Source: Microbacteriaceae bacterium
Lineage (GTDB): Bacteria; Actinomycetota; Actinomycetes; Actinomycetales; Microbacteriaceae
Direction: 5' to 3'
DNA: 64,000 bases
Assembly: GCA_025464975.1 (NCBI GenBank)
Contig: JAODMT010000010.1
Coordinates: forward strand, 27,322-91,321
Shown: piece after piece, positions 46,718 through 56,590 of the stretch
How the letters are laid out: each line of letters begins with the position of its first letter
Numbering within the stretch: position 1 is the first letter of the stretch
Position numbers and translations under genes: made by a program
Notes under the pieces: model-generated
Databases searched by the model: none
The model's input: the letters and a program-made list of their open reading frames with translations, nothing else
What the model was told of the DNA's origin: nothing

Positions 46718-47589
46718 AGCCGCTCCGCGGCCTCAACAACGTTCTGCATGAGCATCGCCCTGGTCATCGGTCCGACTCCTCCGGGAACCGGGGAGAGGAA
46801 TCCCGCGACCTCGGCAACGGCGGGGTCGACATCGCCGATCAGCTTCGCCTTCCCGGTTTCGGGGTGGACGATCCTGGTGATTCCGACGTCGAGAACGGCG
46901 GCGCCCGGCTTCACCCAGTCCGGCTTGATCAGCCCGGGAACTCCCACTGCGGCGATGACGATGTCGGCCCGGCGCACCTCGGCGGCCAGGTCGGCGGTCC
47001 GGGAGTGAGTCAGTGTGACCGTCGCGTCGATCCCTTTGTTCGTCAGCAACAGGCCGAGCGGCCGCCCGACCGTCAGTCCGCGGCCGATCACGACCACGTG
47101 CTTCCCCGCGATGGGAACGTCGTGCCGGCGCAGCATCTCGACCAGTCCGGCCGGGGTGCAGGGCAGCGGGGAGTCCACCTCGCCGCCGACTCCGAGCACG
47201 AGGCGACCGAGGTTCATCGGATGCAAGCCGTCCGCATCCTTCGCCGGGTCCATGAGTTCGAGCATCGCGTTCTCGTCGATCCCGTCCGGCAGCGGGAGCT
47301 GAATGATGTATCCGGTGACCGCCGGGTTCTCATTCAGCTCGAGGATCGCGGCGCGAACGTGCTCCTCGGTCGCGTCTGGCGGCAGGTCCACCCGGATCGA
47401 TTCGATGCCGAGTTCGACGCTGTCCCGGTGCTTCCCCGCAACGTAGGAGAGCGATCCCGGGTCTTCACCGACCAGTAGTGTGCCGAGGCCGGGGAGAATT
47501 CCTCTGGCCTTGAGCGCCGCGATGCGGTCGACGAGCTCGTTCTTGACGGCGGCCGCGGTGGCGACCCCGTCCATGCGTACTGCGGTCAT
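46714..47589 (-). CDS. folD: bifunctional methylene-THF dehydrogenase / methenyl-THF cyclohydrolase
   Basis: FolD motifs ([36 protein letters not shown]). Confidence 0.95.
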   Translation of the reverse strand: MTAVRMDGVATAAAVKNELVDRIAALKARGILPGLGTLLVGEDPGSLSYVAGKHRDSVELGIESIRVDLPPDATEEHVRAAILELNENPAVTGYIIQLPLPDGIDENAMLELMDPAKDADGLHPMNLGRLVLGVGGEVDSPLPCTPAGLVEMLRRHDVPIAGKHVVVIGRGLTVGRPLGLLLTNKGIDATVTLTHSRTADLAAEVRRADIVIAAVGVPGLIKPDWVKPGAAVLDVGITRIVHPETGKAKLIGDVDPAVAEVAGFLSPVPGGVGPMTRAMLMQNVVEAAERL

Positions 47590-47646
47590 TCGATTCCTTT
47601 ACTGTGCCAAGCCGCCCGGAGGGTGCGGCGGGAAGCGCGCGTGTAG

Positions 47647-47697
47647 AGCGGGCGGGATGGTCGGTGGCGGCTGCCACCGACCATCCGCGCGCCCGCT
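47647..47697 (-). other. ~22-bp GC-rich hairpin spanning the glyA stop, between glyA and folD
   Basis: AGCGGGCG-GGATGGTCGGTGGC-GGCT-GCCACCGACCATCC-(GCG)-CGCCCGCT. The inner 14 bp are perfect. No U-tract. Confidence 0.5.
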
Positions 47698-48994
47698 ACT
47701 CCCAGATTCCGGGGGAGACCAGGCCGGGGTAGAGCGGGTATCCGTCGGTGAGCGTGAGCACGCGGGCGCGGAGGGCCGCGACATCCGGCTCGGGCTTGAG
47801 GGCGGTGGCGATGATGTCCGCGACCTCGGTGAACTCCTCGTCGGCGAAGCCTCGCGTGGCGAGAGCCGGGGTGCCGATCCGCACTCCGGACGGCGTCATC
47901 GGCGGGCGCGGGTCGAACGGCACGGCGTTGCGGTTGACCGTGATGCCGACCGACTCGAGGATGGTTTCGGCGTCCTGACCGTGGATCGCGGAGTTGCGGA
48001 GGTCGACAAGCACGAGGTGCACGTCGGTTCCGCCGGTCAGCACGTCGATGCCAGCAGCCTTCGCATCGGGCGCGGTGAGGCGCTCGGCCAGGATGCGGGC
48101 ACCGCGAAGAGTGCGCTCCTGACGGTCCTTGAACTCCGGCTCGGCCGCGAGCTTGAACGCTGTCGCCTTCGCGGCAATCACGTGCATGAGCGGGCCGCCC
48201 TGCTGTCCTGGGAACACGTTGGAATTGATCTTCTTCTGCAGGTCGAGATCGTTGGTGAGGATGAACCCGGAGCGCGGCCCACCGATCGTCTTGTGCACGG
48301 TCGAGGAGGTGACGTGCGCGAACGGCACAGGGTTCGGGTGAAGACCGGCGGCGACAAGCCCGGCGAAGTGGGCCATGTCCACCCAGAGGGTCGCCCCGAC
48401 CTCGTCGGCGATGGCGCGGAACGCCTCGAAATCGAGTTGACGCGGGTAGGCGGACCACCCGGCGATGATCACGCGGGGGCGCACCTCGAGGGCCTTCTCG
48501 CGCACGACATCCATGTCGACGAGGAAGGACTGCGGGTCGACGCCGTAGGCGTGCGCCTCATAGAGTTTGCCGGAGAAGTTGAGCTTCATGCCGTGGGTGA
48601 GGTGGCCGCCGTGGGCGAGCTCGAGACCGAGGATCCGATCGCCGGGGCTCGCGATTGCGCCAAGCACGGCGGCGTTGGCCGAGGCGCCGGAATGCGGCTG
48701 AACGTTGGCGTAGGCGGCGCCGAACAGGCTCTTCGCGCGGGAGATGGCGAGGGTCTCGGCGATGTCGACGAACTCGCAGCCGCCGTAGTAGCGGCGTCCC
48801 GGGTAGCCCTCGGCGTACTTATTGGTCAGGACCGAGCCCTGTGCCTCGAGCACGGCACGCGGCACGAAGTTTTCGCTTGCGATCATCTCGAGAGTGCCGC
48901 GCTGACGGTCGAGCTCCTGCTCGAGTACGCGGGCGATCTCCGGGTCAACGCTGGACAGCGGATCGGTGAAGGTGGAGGGGAGGTGTGAAGGCAC
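47696..48994 (-). CDS. glyA: serine hydroxymethyltransferase
   Basis: PLP-lysine region [15 protein letters not shown] and N-terminal [11 protein letters not shown] 48994 lies 7 nt after AAGGAG (49002-49007) and was preferred to the listed 49030. Confidence 0.95.
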   Translation of the reverse strand: MPSHLPSTFTDPLSSVDPEIARVLEQELDRQRGTLEMIASENFVPRAVLEAQGSVLTNKYAEGYPGRRYYGGCEFVDIAETLAISRAKSLFGAAYANVQPHSGASANAAVLGAIASPGDRILGLELAHGGHLTHGMKLNFSGKLYEAHAYGVDPQSFLVDMDVVREKALEVRPRVIIAGWSAYPRQLDFEAFRAIADEVGATLWVDMAHFAGLVAAGLHPNPVPFAHVTSSTVHKTIGGPRSGFILTNDLDLQKKINSNVFPGQQGGPLMHVIAAKATAFKLAAEPEFKDRQERTLRGARILAERLTAPDAKAAGIDVLTGGTDVHLVLVDLRNSAIHGQDAETILESVGITVNRNAVPFDPRPPMTPSGVRIGTPALATRGFADEEFTEVADIIATALKPEPDVAALRARVLTLTDGYPLYPGLVSPGIWE

Positions 48995-49035
48995 TGGCGG
49001 GCTCCTTGATGACATGACCGGACGGAACAAAGGTA

Positions 49036-49185
49036 TCCGGTTCGGCCCAGGCGAACGGCCGAATCTGGGCCCCCGCAGCCGGTTCCGGGCCGATCCATCG
49101 GGATCGGTCGGCCGTGCCGGAGGGGCGCAGTCGCTCCCCGATGGTTGCCCATCTCAACGCCAGTCGCGACTGGAACAGCCTACCG
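49036..49185 (-). promoter_or_regulatory. candidate ZTP (pfl) riboswitch in the glyA-folD leader
   Basis: The minus strand reads GUCGCGACUGGCG..GGGCAACCAUCGGGGAGCGAC..linker hairpin..CCGUUCGCCUGGGCCGAA. These blocks match the ZTP consensus as recalled. The downstream genes are classic ZTP targets. Confidence 0.7.
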
Positions 49186-49238
49186 TCATGCGTGCCCGGC
49201 CGGGCAATTTCGGCGGGCCGGGGCGTCCCGCCGCATCT

Positions 49239-50513
49239 TCAGTGCTCGAGCACCTTTCGCGCCGGTCGCTGACGCAGCAGCGCGTCGGAAACCAGAACGA
49301 GCACGATCGAGAGCACGAGGATTCCGGCGAACACGAACGGCAGGGAATCGAGGCCGAGCGAGTCGAGCAGCAGCGCGCCGAGGAGGGCGCCCCCGCCGAT
49401 CCCGATGTTGAAAGCGGTCGTGTAGAAGGCGCTCGCGGTGTCGCGAATTCGAGCGGGAGCCGCGTGCAGCATCCGCGTCTGAAGCAGCGGCGGCAGCAGC
49501 CCGATCGCGAGTCCCCAGAGGAAGAATGCGGGAAGCGAGACGGGGAGCATCGACGGCACGAACCCGAGCACGAGCACCGCGGCCAGGAGCGCGGCGAGCG
49601 ACAACAACAGCCCGAGACGCGGTCGCCGACCGAGGTACAGGGCGACGACGACGAGAGAGATGGCGCCGGCCGCTCCGAACGCGAACAGCGCGGGACTCAC
49701 CGCGGCGGCGTCGATGCCGACCGCCCGCACGAGGAACGGGGCGATGTATGTGTAGAAGCAGTACTGGCCGACCATGATGATCGCGACGATGACGCAGACG
49801 AGCACGACCGCGGTGACCGAGTGGTCGCGGCGGGGCGCGTGAGTCTTGCGCAGCTCGTCGGTGAGGAGCAGAATGCCGCCGGTGGTCGTACCGACCGGTT
49901 CCTCGGCGAGATGATCCACTCGCGGGAGGAAGCGGTACACGAAGCCCGCCCCGACGAGCGTAAGCAGCGCGAGCAGGCCGAAGCTCGCTCGCCAGCCGAC
50001 TGCATGGCCGAGGGCCGTGCCGAGCGGTACGCCGAGCACGAAGGCGAGGGAACCGCCGCCGAGGGTGATCGATACGGCCCGCCCGAGCTGTTCCTTGGGA
50101 ACCAGATAGGCGGCGTACGCGCCGACGACCGACCAGAACAGGCCGTGCGCGAGACCGCCGAGCACGCGGGAGGCGACGAGGACGGCGTAGTTCGGCGCCA
50201 GCGCGCTCGCGAGCGCGCTGATCGCGAAGATCACGAGCACGACGACGACCAGGGCGTGCCGGGGCACGCGGCGGGTGAGGTGGGTCAGCCACGTGCTCGA
50301 GAGCACCACCGTGAAGGCGAAGACCGACACCGTGATACCGACGAGCGACTCGCTGACCCTCAGGTCCGCGCTCATCTCGGGCAGCAGACCGGTCGGCAGC
50401 ATCTCGGTCGTGACGCTCAGGAAGATCGCGATGGCGACAGTGACGAGGGCGAAGTAGGGGAAGCGGGGCGGGGCGGTGGAGGTGAGGGGCGCGGTCATCG
50501 ACCGGAAATCCAA
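49239..50513 (-). CDS. MFS transporter
   Basis: 424 aa with 12 predicted TM helices of MFS type (LPTGLLPEMSADLRVSESLVGITVSVF). Confidence 0.85.
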   Translation of the reverse strand: MDFRSMTAPLTSTAPPRFPYFALVTVAIAIFLSVTTEMLPTGLLPEMSADLRVSESLVGITVSVFAFTVVLSSTWLTHLTRRVPRHALVVVVLVIFAISALASALAPNYAVLVASRVLGGLAHGLFWSVVGAYAAYLVPKEQLGRAVSITLGGGSLAFVLGVPLGTALGHAVGWRASFGLLALLTLVGAGFVYRFLPRVDHLAEEPVGTTTGGILLLTDELRKTHAPRRDHSVTAVVLVCVIVAIIMVGQYCFYTYIAPFLVRAVGIDAAAVSPALFAFGAAGAISLVVVALYLGRRPRLGLLLSLAALLAAVLVLGFVPSMLPVSLPAFFLWGLAIGLLPPLLQTRMLHAAPARIRDTASAFYTTAFNIGIGGGALLGALLLDSLGLDSLPFVFAGILVLSIVLVLVSDALLRQRPARKVLEH

Positions 50514-50613
50514 ATCGTCGAAGGGTGGATCGTTACGCCGTCCGCGGGACGCCCCGGCACGTGAGGCGTCCGTTCAAGAGTAGCGCCGACGTTGAGGCAA
50601 TAGCCTAGGACAC

Positions 50614-51474
50614 GTGACCTCCGCCGAAACGACGCACTGGGTGCTGACCATCGTCTGCGCCGACCGACCGGGAATCGTGCACGCTATCAGCGGCGCGATC
50701 GTGGATGCCCGAGGCAACATCACGGAGTCGCAGCAGTTCTCGAGCGATGACACCGGCACCTTCTTCATGCGCCTTCAGGTCGAATCGGCCGCGTCGAAAA
50801 CGGAATTCGCTGCGGCGCTCGCACCGGTGGTCGAGCGCTACGACATGACCTGGACTCTGGATGTCGTTGGGCGCCCGCTGCGAACCCTCGTGCTCGTCTC
50901 CCGCGCCGCGCACTGCCTCAATGACCTCCTGTTCCGGGAGCGTGCCGGGCAACTGCCGGTGCAGCTCCCCCTGGTTCTCAGCAATCACCCCGACCTCGGC
51001 GAGCTTGCCCGGTTCTACGACATCCCGTTCGAGATGCACCCGATCGGCTCACCGGCGCAGAAGCTCGCGTTCGAGGATCGTGTGCGGGAGGCGGTGGCCG
51101 AGTTCGACATCGAGCTGGTCGTGCTCGCGCGTTACATGCAGATTCTGTCGCCCGAACTGTGCGACGAGCTTGCCGGCCGCATCATCAACATCCATCATTC
51201 CTTTCTTCCCGGGTTCAAGGGCGCGAATCCGTACCGCCAGGCGCATGCCCGCGGGGTGAAACTGATTGGCGCGACGGCGCACTTCGTGACGAGCGATCTC
51301 GACGAGGGCCCGATCATCGAGCAAAACGTGGTTCGCGTCGACCACTCCCGAACCATTGAGGAGCTGCAGTCGATCGGGCAGGACGAGGAGTCCCGCACCC
51401 TCACTCAGGCGGTCAAGTGGTTCGCCGAGAACCGGGTGCTCCGTGACGGCGCGCGCACGATCATCTTCAAGTAG
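50614..51474 (+). CDS. purU: formyltetrahydrofolate deformylase
   Basis: N-terminal ACT domain (VLTIVCADRPGIVHAISGAIV) plus a formyltransferase core (INIHHSFLPGFKGANPY). GTG start. Confidence 0.9.
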   Translation: MTSAETTHWVLTIVCADRPGIVHAISGAIVDARGNITESQQFSSDDTGTFFMRLQVESAASKTEFAAALAPVVERYDMTWTLDVVGRPLRTLVLVSRAAHCLNDLLFRERAGQLPVQLPLVLSNHPDLGELARFYDIPFEMHPIGSPAQKLAFEDRVREAVAEFDIELVVLARYMQILSPELCDELAGRIINIHHSFLPGFKGANPYRQAHARGVKLIGATAHFVTSDLDEGPIIEQNVVRVDHSRTIEELQSIGQDEESRTLTQAVKWFAENRVLRDGARTIIFK

Positions 51475-51564
51475 CGGACGGCAGGCACCTCTCGCGCTGG
51501 GTCGGCGCTGCGCGGGCGCGACGCCGGCCGTCGGCGCGGCCGGGTTCGACGCTACTCTTTACTC

Positions 51565-51951
51565 GTGACAGCAGAACACGAGCGAAACCCGCACCCGGGA
51601 ATGAGGATCGGCGCCAACGACGTCGTACGCTTTCTGCTCGAGCTGTTCGCCCTCTTTTCCCTGGGCTACTGGGGCTATCTCGCGTGGCCCTTCCCTCTGC
51701 CCGGTGTCTTCTTCATGATCGGCGCGCCGCTGTTCGCCGCCACCGTCTGGGGCCTGTTCCGCTCACCGAAGGCCGCGTTCCCGCTTGACCCAATCGGTCG
51801 GGCACTCGTGGAAATTCTCGTCATGGGCTCGGCGGCGGCGGCCTGGCTCATGCTCGGACATCCGGTGATCGCCGGGGTGTTCAGCATCATCGCCGCCGTC
51901 AGCGGCGTGGTCAACGGACGCTCCGAGATCGTCAGGGAGGCTGCCGAGTGA
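51565..51951 (+). CDS. DUF2568 (YrdB-like) membrane protein
   Basis: The pattern VRFLLELFALFSLGYWGY is typical of DUF2568, with 4 TM helices. ATG 51601 is an alternative start. The stop overlaps the nagA GTG. Confidence 0.6.
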   Translation: MTAEHERNPHPGMRIGANDVVRFLLELFALFSLGYWGYLAWPFPLPGVFFMIGAPLFAATVWGLFRSPKAAFPLDPIGRALVEILVMGSAAAAWLMLGHPVIAGVFSIIAAVSGVVNGRSEIVREAAE

Positions 51952-53084
51952 CGACACTGTTTCACGGGGCTCGAAAGCTCGATGCGGATGGTCAGGTCGA
52001 CGACTTCTGGATGCTCGTCTCCGGCGACTCGATTGTCTCGACCGGCTCCGGCCCGCGTCATCCGCAAGCCAGCGAGTCGGTGGACGTTGCCGGGCGCTGG
52101 TTCGTTCCCGGATTCCTTGACCTGCACAGCCACGGCGGGGGCGGCCACGTCTTCGACGACGGACCGGACGAGATCCAAGCGGCCCTCGAGGTCCATCGCG
52201 CGCACGGCACGACGCGCTCCGTCATCAGCCTCGTGGCGAACCCACTCGACCAGCTGAAGCGCAGCCTCGCCGCGGTTGCCGATGTGGCCGCGGCCGATCC
52301 GCTCGTGCTCGGCTCGCACCTCGAGGGTCCGTTTCTTGCGCGCGGTCAGCGGGGCGCACACAACCCGATGTTCCTGATCGAGCCCATGCCGTCCGAGGTG
52401 CAGGAGCTGATCGGCGCGAGCCGGGGCACCCTTCGACAGCTCACGCTCGCGCCGGAGCTGCCCGGCGCCTTCGACGCGATCGCGGTTCTCATCGAGAACG
52501 GGGTGACGGTGGCGGTCGGCCACACGGAGGCGACGTACGAGCTCACCCGCCGGGCGTTCGAGCAGGGGGCGCGGCTTCTCACCCATGCCTTCAACGCCAT
52601 GCCGGGAATCCATCACCGCGCCCCGGGGCCGATCATGGCGGCGCTCGAAAACGAGCACGTGACCATCGAGCTCATCCTCGATGGTCTCCACGTTCATCCG
52701 CCCGTCGCCTCTCTCCTCTTCGCGTCGGCGCCGGGTCGGGTCGCGCTCGTGACGGATGCGATGGCCGCGGCAGGAGCGGATGACGGCAACTACCGCCTCG
52801 GCTCACTCAATGTGACGGTGCACGACGGCAAGGCTGTTCTCTCCGGAACCACGACGATCGCGGGCTCGACGCTCACCCTGGACGCCGCGCTGCGGGCCGC
52901 GCTGAAACTCGTATCCCCGCGGGAGGCGATTGCCGCGCTCACCTCGACTCCGGCCAAGGTTCTCGGACTCGAGGGTCGGCACGGCAGGCTCGCGCCGGGA
53001 CAGGTCGCTGACGCCGTGCTGCTCACTCACGACTGGCAGGTCTCCGAGGTGTGGGCCGACGGCCGGTTGCTGTCCCGCCGCTGA
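51948..53084 (+). CDS. nagA: N-acetylglucosamine-6-phosphate deacetylase
   Basis: Amidohydrolase motifs PGFLDLHSHGGGGH, GSHLEGPF and AVGHTEA. Confidence 0.9.
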   Translation: MTTLFHGARKLDADGQVDDFWMLVSGDSIVSTGSGPRHPQASESVDVAGRWFVPGFLDLHSHGGGGHVFDDGPDEIQAALEVHRAHGTTRSVISLVANPLDQLKRSLAAVADVAAADPLVLGSHLEGPFLARGQRGAHNPMFLIEPMPSEVQELIGASRGTLRQLTLAPELPGAFDAIAVLIENGVTVAVGHTEATYELTRRAFEQGARLLTHAFNAMPGIHHRAPGPIMAALENEHVTIELILDGLHVHPPVASLLFASAPGRVALVTDAMAAAGADDGNYRLGSLNVTVHDGKAVLSGTTTIAGSTLTLDAALRAALKLVSPREAIAALTSTPAKVLGLEGRHGRLAPGQVADAVLLTHDWQVSEVWADGRLLSRR

Positions 53085-53090
53085 ACCTCG

Positions 53091-53861
53091 TTACAGCGAT
53101 TCCCACTCGGGCTTGTTGGCCCAGGCGTAGCGGTAGTAGTCGACATTCGCGAGTTCGGATGCCGCCCCGCCGTCCACCAGAACCGTCACGTGCGGATGCA
53201 ACTGAATCGCCGAGCCGGGGGCGCTTGCCGTGACGGGACCCTCCACCGCAGCGGCGATCGCCTTGGCCTTCGCCTCGCCGAACGCGAGCAACACGAGGTG
53301 CTTCGCCCGGCGAATGGTCCCGAGTCCCTGTGTGATGCAGTTGACCGGCACCTCGTCGACCGAGTCGAAGAACCGAGCGTTGTCCTCCCGGGTCTGCCGG
53401 GTGAGCGTCTTCACCCGGGTGAGCGACTCGAACGAGGAACCCGGTTCGTTGAACCCGATGTGCCCGTCGGTGCCGATCCCGAGAACCTGAAGATCCACTC
53501 CCCCCGCCGCCCGGATGGCTCGCTCGTAATCGTTCCCGGCGGTCTCGATCGGACCGAGGTGTCCCGGCACCATGACCCGATTCGGGTCGAGACCGAGTGG
53601 CTCGACGACCTCACGCGTGATGACGGAGCGGTAGCTCTGCGGATGACCGTCGGGCAGGCCGACGTACTCGTCGAGGGCGAAGCCCCGCACGTCCGACAGG
53701 TCGGCGCCGCGATCGGCAAGCGCGAGCCAGATGCCGAGCGGCGTGGATCCGGTCGCGAGCCCGAGCACGGTCGCCGGCTTCCGCCGAACCAGATCGAGGA
53801 TGACGTTTGCCGCGAGTCCTGCCGCCGCGGACTCGTCATCCAGTATTACCACTTCCGCCAT
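53091..53861 (-). CDS. nagB: glucosamine-6-phosphate deaminase
   Basis: Signature LGIGTDGHIGFNEPGS. ATG 53861 shares one base with the upstream stop (TAATG). The listed start at 53990 lies inside the ROK kinase. Confidence 0.9.
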   Translation of the reverse strand: MAEVVILDDESAAAGLAANVILDLVRRKPATVLGLATGSTPLGIWLALADRGADLSDVRGFALDEYVGLPDGHPQSYRSVITREVVEPLGLDPNRVMVPGHLGPIETAGNDYERAIRAAGGVDLQVLGIGTDGHIGFNEPGSSFESLTRVKTLTRQTREDNARFFDSVDEVPVNCITQGLGTIRRAKHLVLLAFGEAKAKAIAAAVEGPVTASAPGSAIQLHPHVTVLVDGGAASELANVDYYRYAWANKPEWESL

Positions 53862-54802
53862 TACACAACTCCGCTCGTCGTCATCCCCACCAGGGCCGCG
53901 CCGACGGCGGCAGCGGAGAACCCGGCGGGAACCAGCTGCACCCGCTCGGTGAGTCCGAGGGAGGCGAGGAAGGGCGAGGCCAACGCCCATGAATCAAGAA
54001 TCGCGCGAACCCCGCCGAGGAGCGGTTGGCCAACGGAGCGGAGACCACCGCCGATGACAACGGTAGTGACATCGACCGTGAGCACGAGCACCCGCACCGC
54101 CGCGGCGACGTTCTCGAGCAGCCGAGCGCGCACCTCCAGCGCGAGCGGGTCCCCGGCGTCGGCCGCCTCGAACAGCGCGTGCACCGGGCTCGCGTGCGAA
54201 CTCGGCCACTGCCGCGCTACCGCCGATCCGGATGCCATCATCTCGAGGCATCCACGCTGCCCGCAGGGACACAGCGGCCCGGTGGGGTCGACGGGAATGT
54301 GCCCGATCTCCCCCGCCGTGCCTCGTGAGCCGCGCCAGAGTCGACCGCCGAGCACCAGACCGGCCGCGAGCCCCGTTCCGAGATTCAGGTACGCCATCGA
54401 GTGGGCCTCGGGCGAGTCCAGATAGTCCGCCCCGTCCTGGCCGAGGAGGTGGAAGGCGCCGACCGCCGCGGCGTTCACGTCGTTCTCCACTCGGACGCTC
54501 ACGCCGAGTCGTGCGCGCAATTCGCCCCCAAGGTCGAGTTCGTCCACGCCGAGGTTCACCGCGTGCGAGACCCGGCCAGACCGCACGTCGACCGCGCCGG
54601 GGATGCCGACGCCGACGGACTCGAAGTCGCGGGTCTCGAGATCGAGAAGGACGGCGAGCCGTGCGACGGCGTCGACCGCGGTCTCGAGAACGGCTGCCGA
54701 ACCGAAGCCCGTCGGCAGGCGCAGCTGTTCAACGACCCGTCCGGTGTGGTCGACGACGACCGCATCCGTCTTGGTGCCCCCGATATCCAGGCCGACTATC
54801 AC
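53861..54802 (-). CDS. ROK family sugar kinase (likely N-acetylglucosamine/glucose kinase)
   Basis: ATP-binding start VIVGLDIGGTKTD and zinc motif CPCGQRGCLE, with no HTH. GTG 54802 overlaps the permease stop (GTGA). Confidence 0.8.
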   Translation of the reverse strand: MIVGLDIGGTKTDAVVVDHTGRVVEQLRLPTGFGSAAVLETAVDAVARLAVLLDLETRDFESVGVGIPGAVDVRSGRVSHAVNLGVDELDLGGELRARLGVSVRVENDVNAAAVGAFHLLGQDGADYLDSPEAHSMAYLNLGTGLAAGLVLGGRLWRGSRGTAGEIGHIPVDPTGPLCPCGQRGCLEMMASGSAVARQWPSSHASPVHALFEAADAGDPLALEVRARLLENVAAAVRVLVLTVDVTTVVIGGGLRSVGQPLLGGVRAILDSWALASPFLASLGLTERVQLVPAGFSAAAVGAALVGMTTSGVV

Positions 54803-55671
54803 TTCACCGCACCGGCCGTCATTCCGCCGACGAGATGCTTTTCGATGAGCGCGAACAGAATCACAACCGGGACTATCGCGATGAGCGACGCCGCGAACAG
54901 CTGGGACCAGTTCTGTTGATACGCGGTGACGTAGGAGCTGATGCCGACCGTGAGCGGCTTGAGCGCGTCGTCCTGCATCAGGGTCAGCGCGACCACGTAT
55001 TCGTTCCACGCCGCAATGAACGTGAAGGTCACCGCTGTCACGATTCCGGGAAGGGTCAGCGGAAGCATGATCCGCACCATCGTGCCAAATCGCCCGCATC
55101 CGTCGAGTGCGGCCGCTTCTTCGATGTCCTTGGGAATGGCCGAGAAGAAGCCCTGCAGAATCCAGAGCGCGAAGGCGATGTTGAACGCCGCGTCGGTGAG
55201 GATGAGCGCCGTGTACGTGTTGATGAGTCCCAGGTCGTAGAACTCGCGATAGATGCCGACGACGAGGCTCGTCGGAGCGAACATCTGGGTGACCACGACG
55301 AGACCGAGGAAGAGGATGCGGCCGCGGAAGCTGAATCGTGCGGTGAAGTAGGCGGCGGGAATCGCGACGAGGATCACGATGATGGTCGCCGAGACCGCCA
55401 CGATGAGAGAAGTGCGCAACCAGTTCTGGAATGCCGGATCGCTCACGACCTCGACGAAGGCGCTAACCGTCCAGGTCTTCGGCAGGAAGGCCGGCGGGGT
55501 CGCGAGCACCTCGCCGCTCGGCCGAAGCGCGTCGAGGAGCATGACCACGTACGGGGCGAGGAACACGACCATGACGGCGATGCCGCCGATCGGAAGCACC
55601 CACTTCCTCGCGTTCTTCCACCCGCGCCCCCGGCTGCGCGGGACGGTTCGCATTACTGCCGATGAACTCAT
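54799..55671 (-). CDS. carbohydrate ABC transporter permease
   Basis: EAA loop EEAAALDGCGRFGTMVRIMLP. ATG 55671 overlaps the upstream permease stop (ATGA). The listed 482-aa ORF is over-extended. Confidence 0.9.
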   Translation of the reverse strand: MSSSAVMRTVPRSRGRGWKNARKWVLPIGGIAVMVVFLAPYVVMLLDALRPSGEVLATPPAFLPKTWTVSAFVEVVSDPAFQNWLRTSLIVAVSATIIVILVAIPAAYFTARFSFRGRILFLGLVVVTQMFAPTSLVVGIYREFYDLGLINTYTALILTDAAFNIAFALWILQGFFSAIPKDIEEAAALDGCGRFGTMVRIMLPLTLPGIVTAVTFTFIAAWNEYVVALTLMQDDALKPLTVGISSYVTAYQQNWSQLFAASLIAIVPVVILFALIEKHLVGGMTAGAVK

Positions 55672-56588
55672 GCTTCCTTGCCTTCGCGCCAGTTGACCAG
55701 ACGCAGGTAGACGCCGACCGCGATCAGGATGATCAGCACGTTGAACACGCCCGCCGCGGCCGAGAGGCCGACGTCGTGTTGCGCGCTGCGGAAGGCGAGT
55801 TTGTACATGTAGGTGATGAGGGTGTCGTTGCCGAATCCCGGATTCGACCCGTTGAGTATCCAGATGACCGGAAACGAGTTGAAGACGTAAATGAGGTTGA
55901 GCACGACACCAATCAGGATGGCGGGTCGCAACAGCGGCAGCGTTATCCGGCGGTAGATCTGCCAGGGACTCCCGCCATCGATGCGCGCCGCCTCGTACAC
56001 ATCCGCCGGAATCGCGTTGAGCCCGGCGACCAGCAGGTAGGCGGTGAAGGGCACGGAGACGAAGACGCCGACGGCGACCATCGATGCCATTGTGAAGTGG
56101 TTGTCTCCCAGCCAGTCGATCGGCTTCTGGATGATGTGCAGGGAGAGCAGCAACTGGTTGAGCACGCCGTGGTAGTAGTCGTAGATCAGCTTGAACAGCT
56201 GGCTCGAGATGACGAGGGCGGAGGCCCACGGCACGATTACCGCCCACCGAACGAAGCGCCGTCCAACGAACTCCTTGGAGAGAAACTGCGCGAGCGCGAG
56301 GCCGATCAGCACGGTGAGGACCACCACGGCCCCGACCCAGATTCCGGTGTTGCCGATCACTCTCGGGAGGTCAGGGCTGGTGAGGAAGTTCGTGTAATTC
56401 GAGGTTCCCGCATCACCCTTTCGCAACCCCGTGATCGAATAGGTTCCGAACGACGTTGCGACGAGGGTGATGGCCGGGTAGAGCACGATCCCGACGATGA
56501 GGACGAGGGCAGGCCCAAGCCACAGCAGAGCTTCCGCGACGCTTGCCGTGCCGCGAGCGCGTCGCTGCCGCCTAGACCTGCCGCCCAC
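55668..56588 (-). CDS. carbohydrate ABC transporter permease
   Basis: EAA loop YEAARIDGGSPWQIYRRITLPLL. 306 aa, multi-TM. Confidence 0.9.
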   Translation of the reverse strand: MGGRSRRQRRARGTASVAEALLWLGPALVLIVGIVLYPAITLVATSFGTYSITGLRKGDAGTSNYTNFLTSPDLPRVIGNTGIWVGAVVVLTVLIGLALAQFLSKEFVGRRFVRWAVIVPWASALVISSQLFKLIYDYYHGVLNQLLLSLHIIQKPIDWLGDNHFTMASMVAVGVFVSVPFTAYLLVAGLNAIPADVYEAARIDGGSPWQIYRRITLPLLRPAILIGVVLNLIYVFNSFPVIWILNGSNPGFGNDTLITYMYKLAFRSAQHDVGLSAAAGVFNVLIILIAVGVYLRLVNWREGKEA

Positions 56589-56590
56589 CC

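Noticed and set aside
48966-50564. 532-aa plus-strand ORF, and the 368-aa alternate-frame ORF at 49186..50292
   Set aside because: Both overlap the 12-TM MFS gene and the ZTP leader. Their translations are extremely Arg/Glu/Asp- or Arg-rich and non-protein-like.
50514-50613. Second ZTP riboswitch ahead of purU
   Set aside because: The region has one 7-bp hairpin (GGACGCC/GGCGTCC) but none of the GACUGGCG / CGCCUGGGC blocks.
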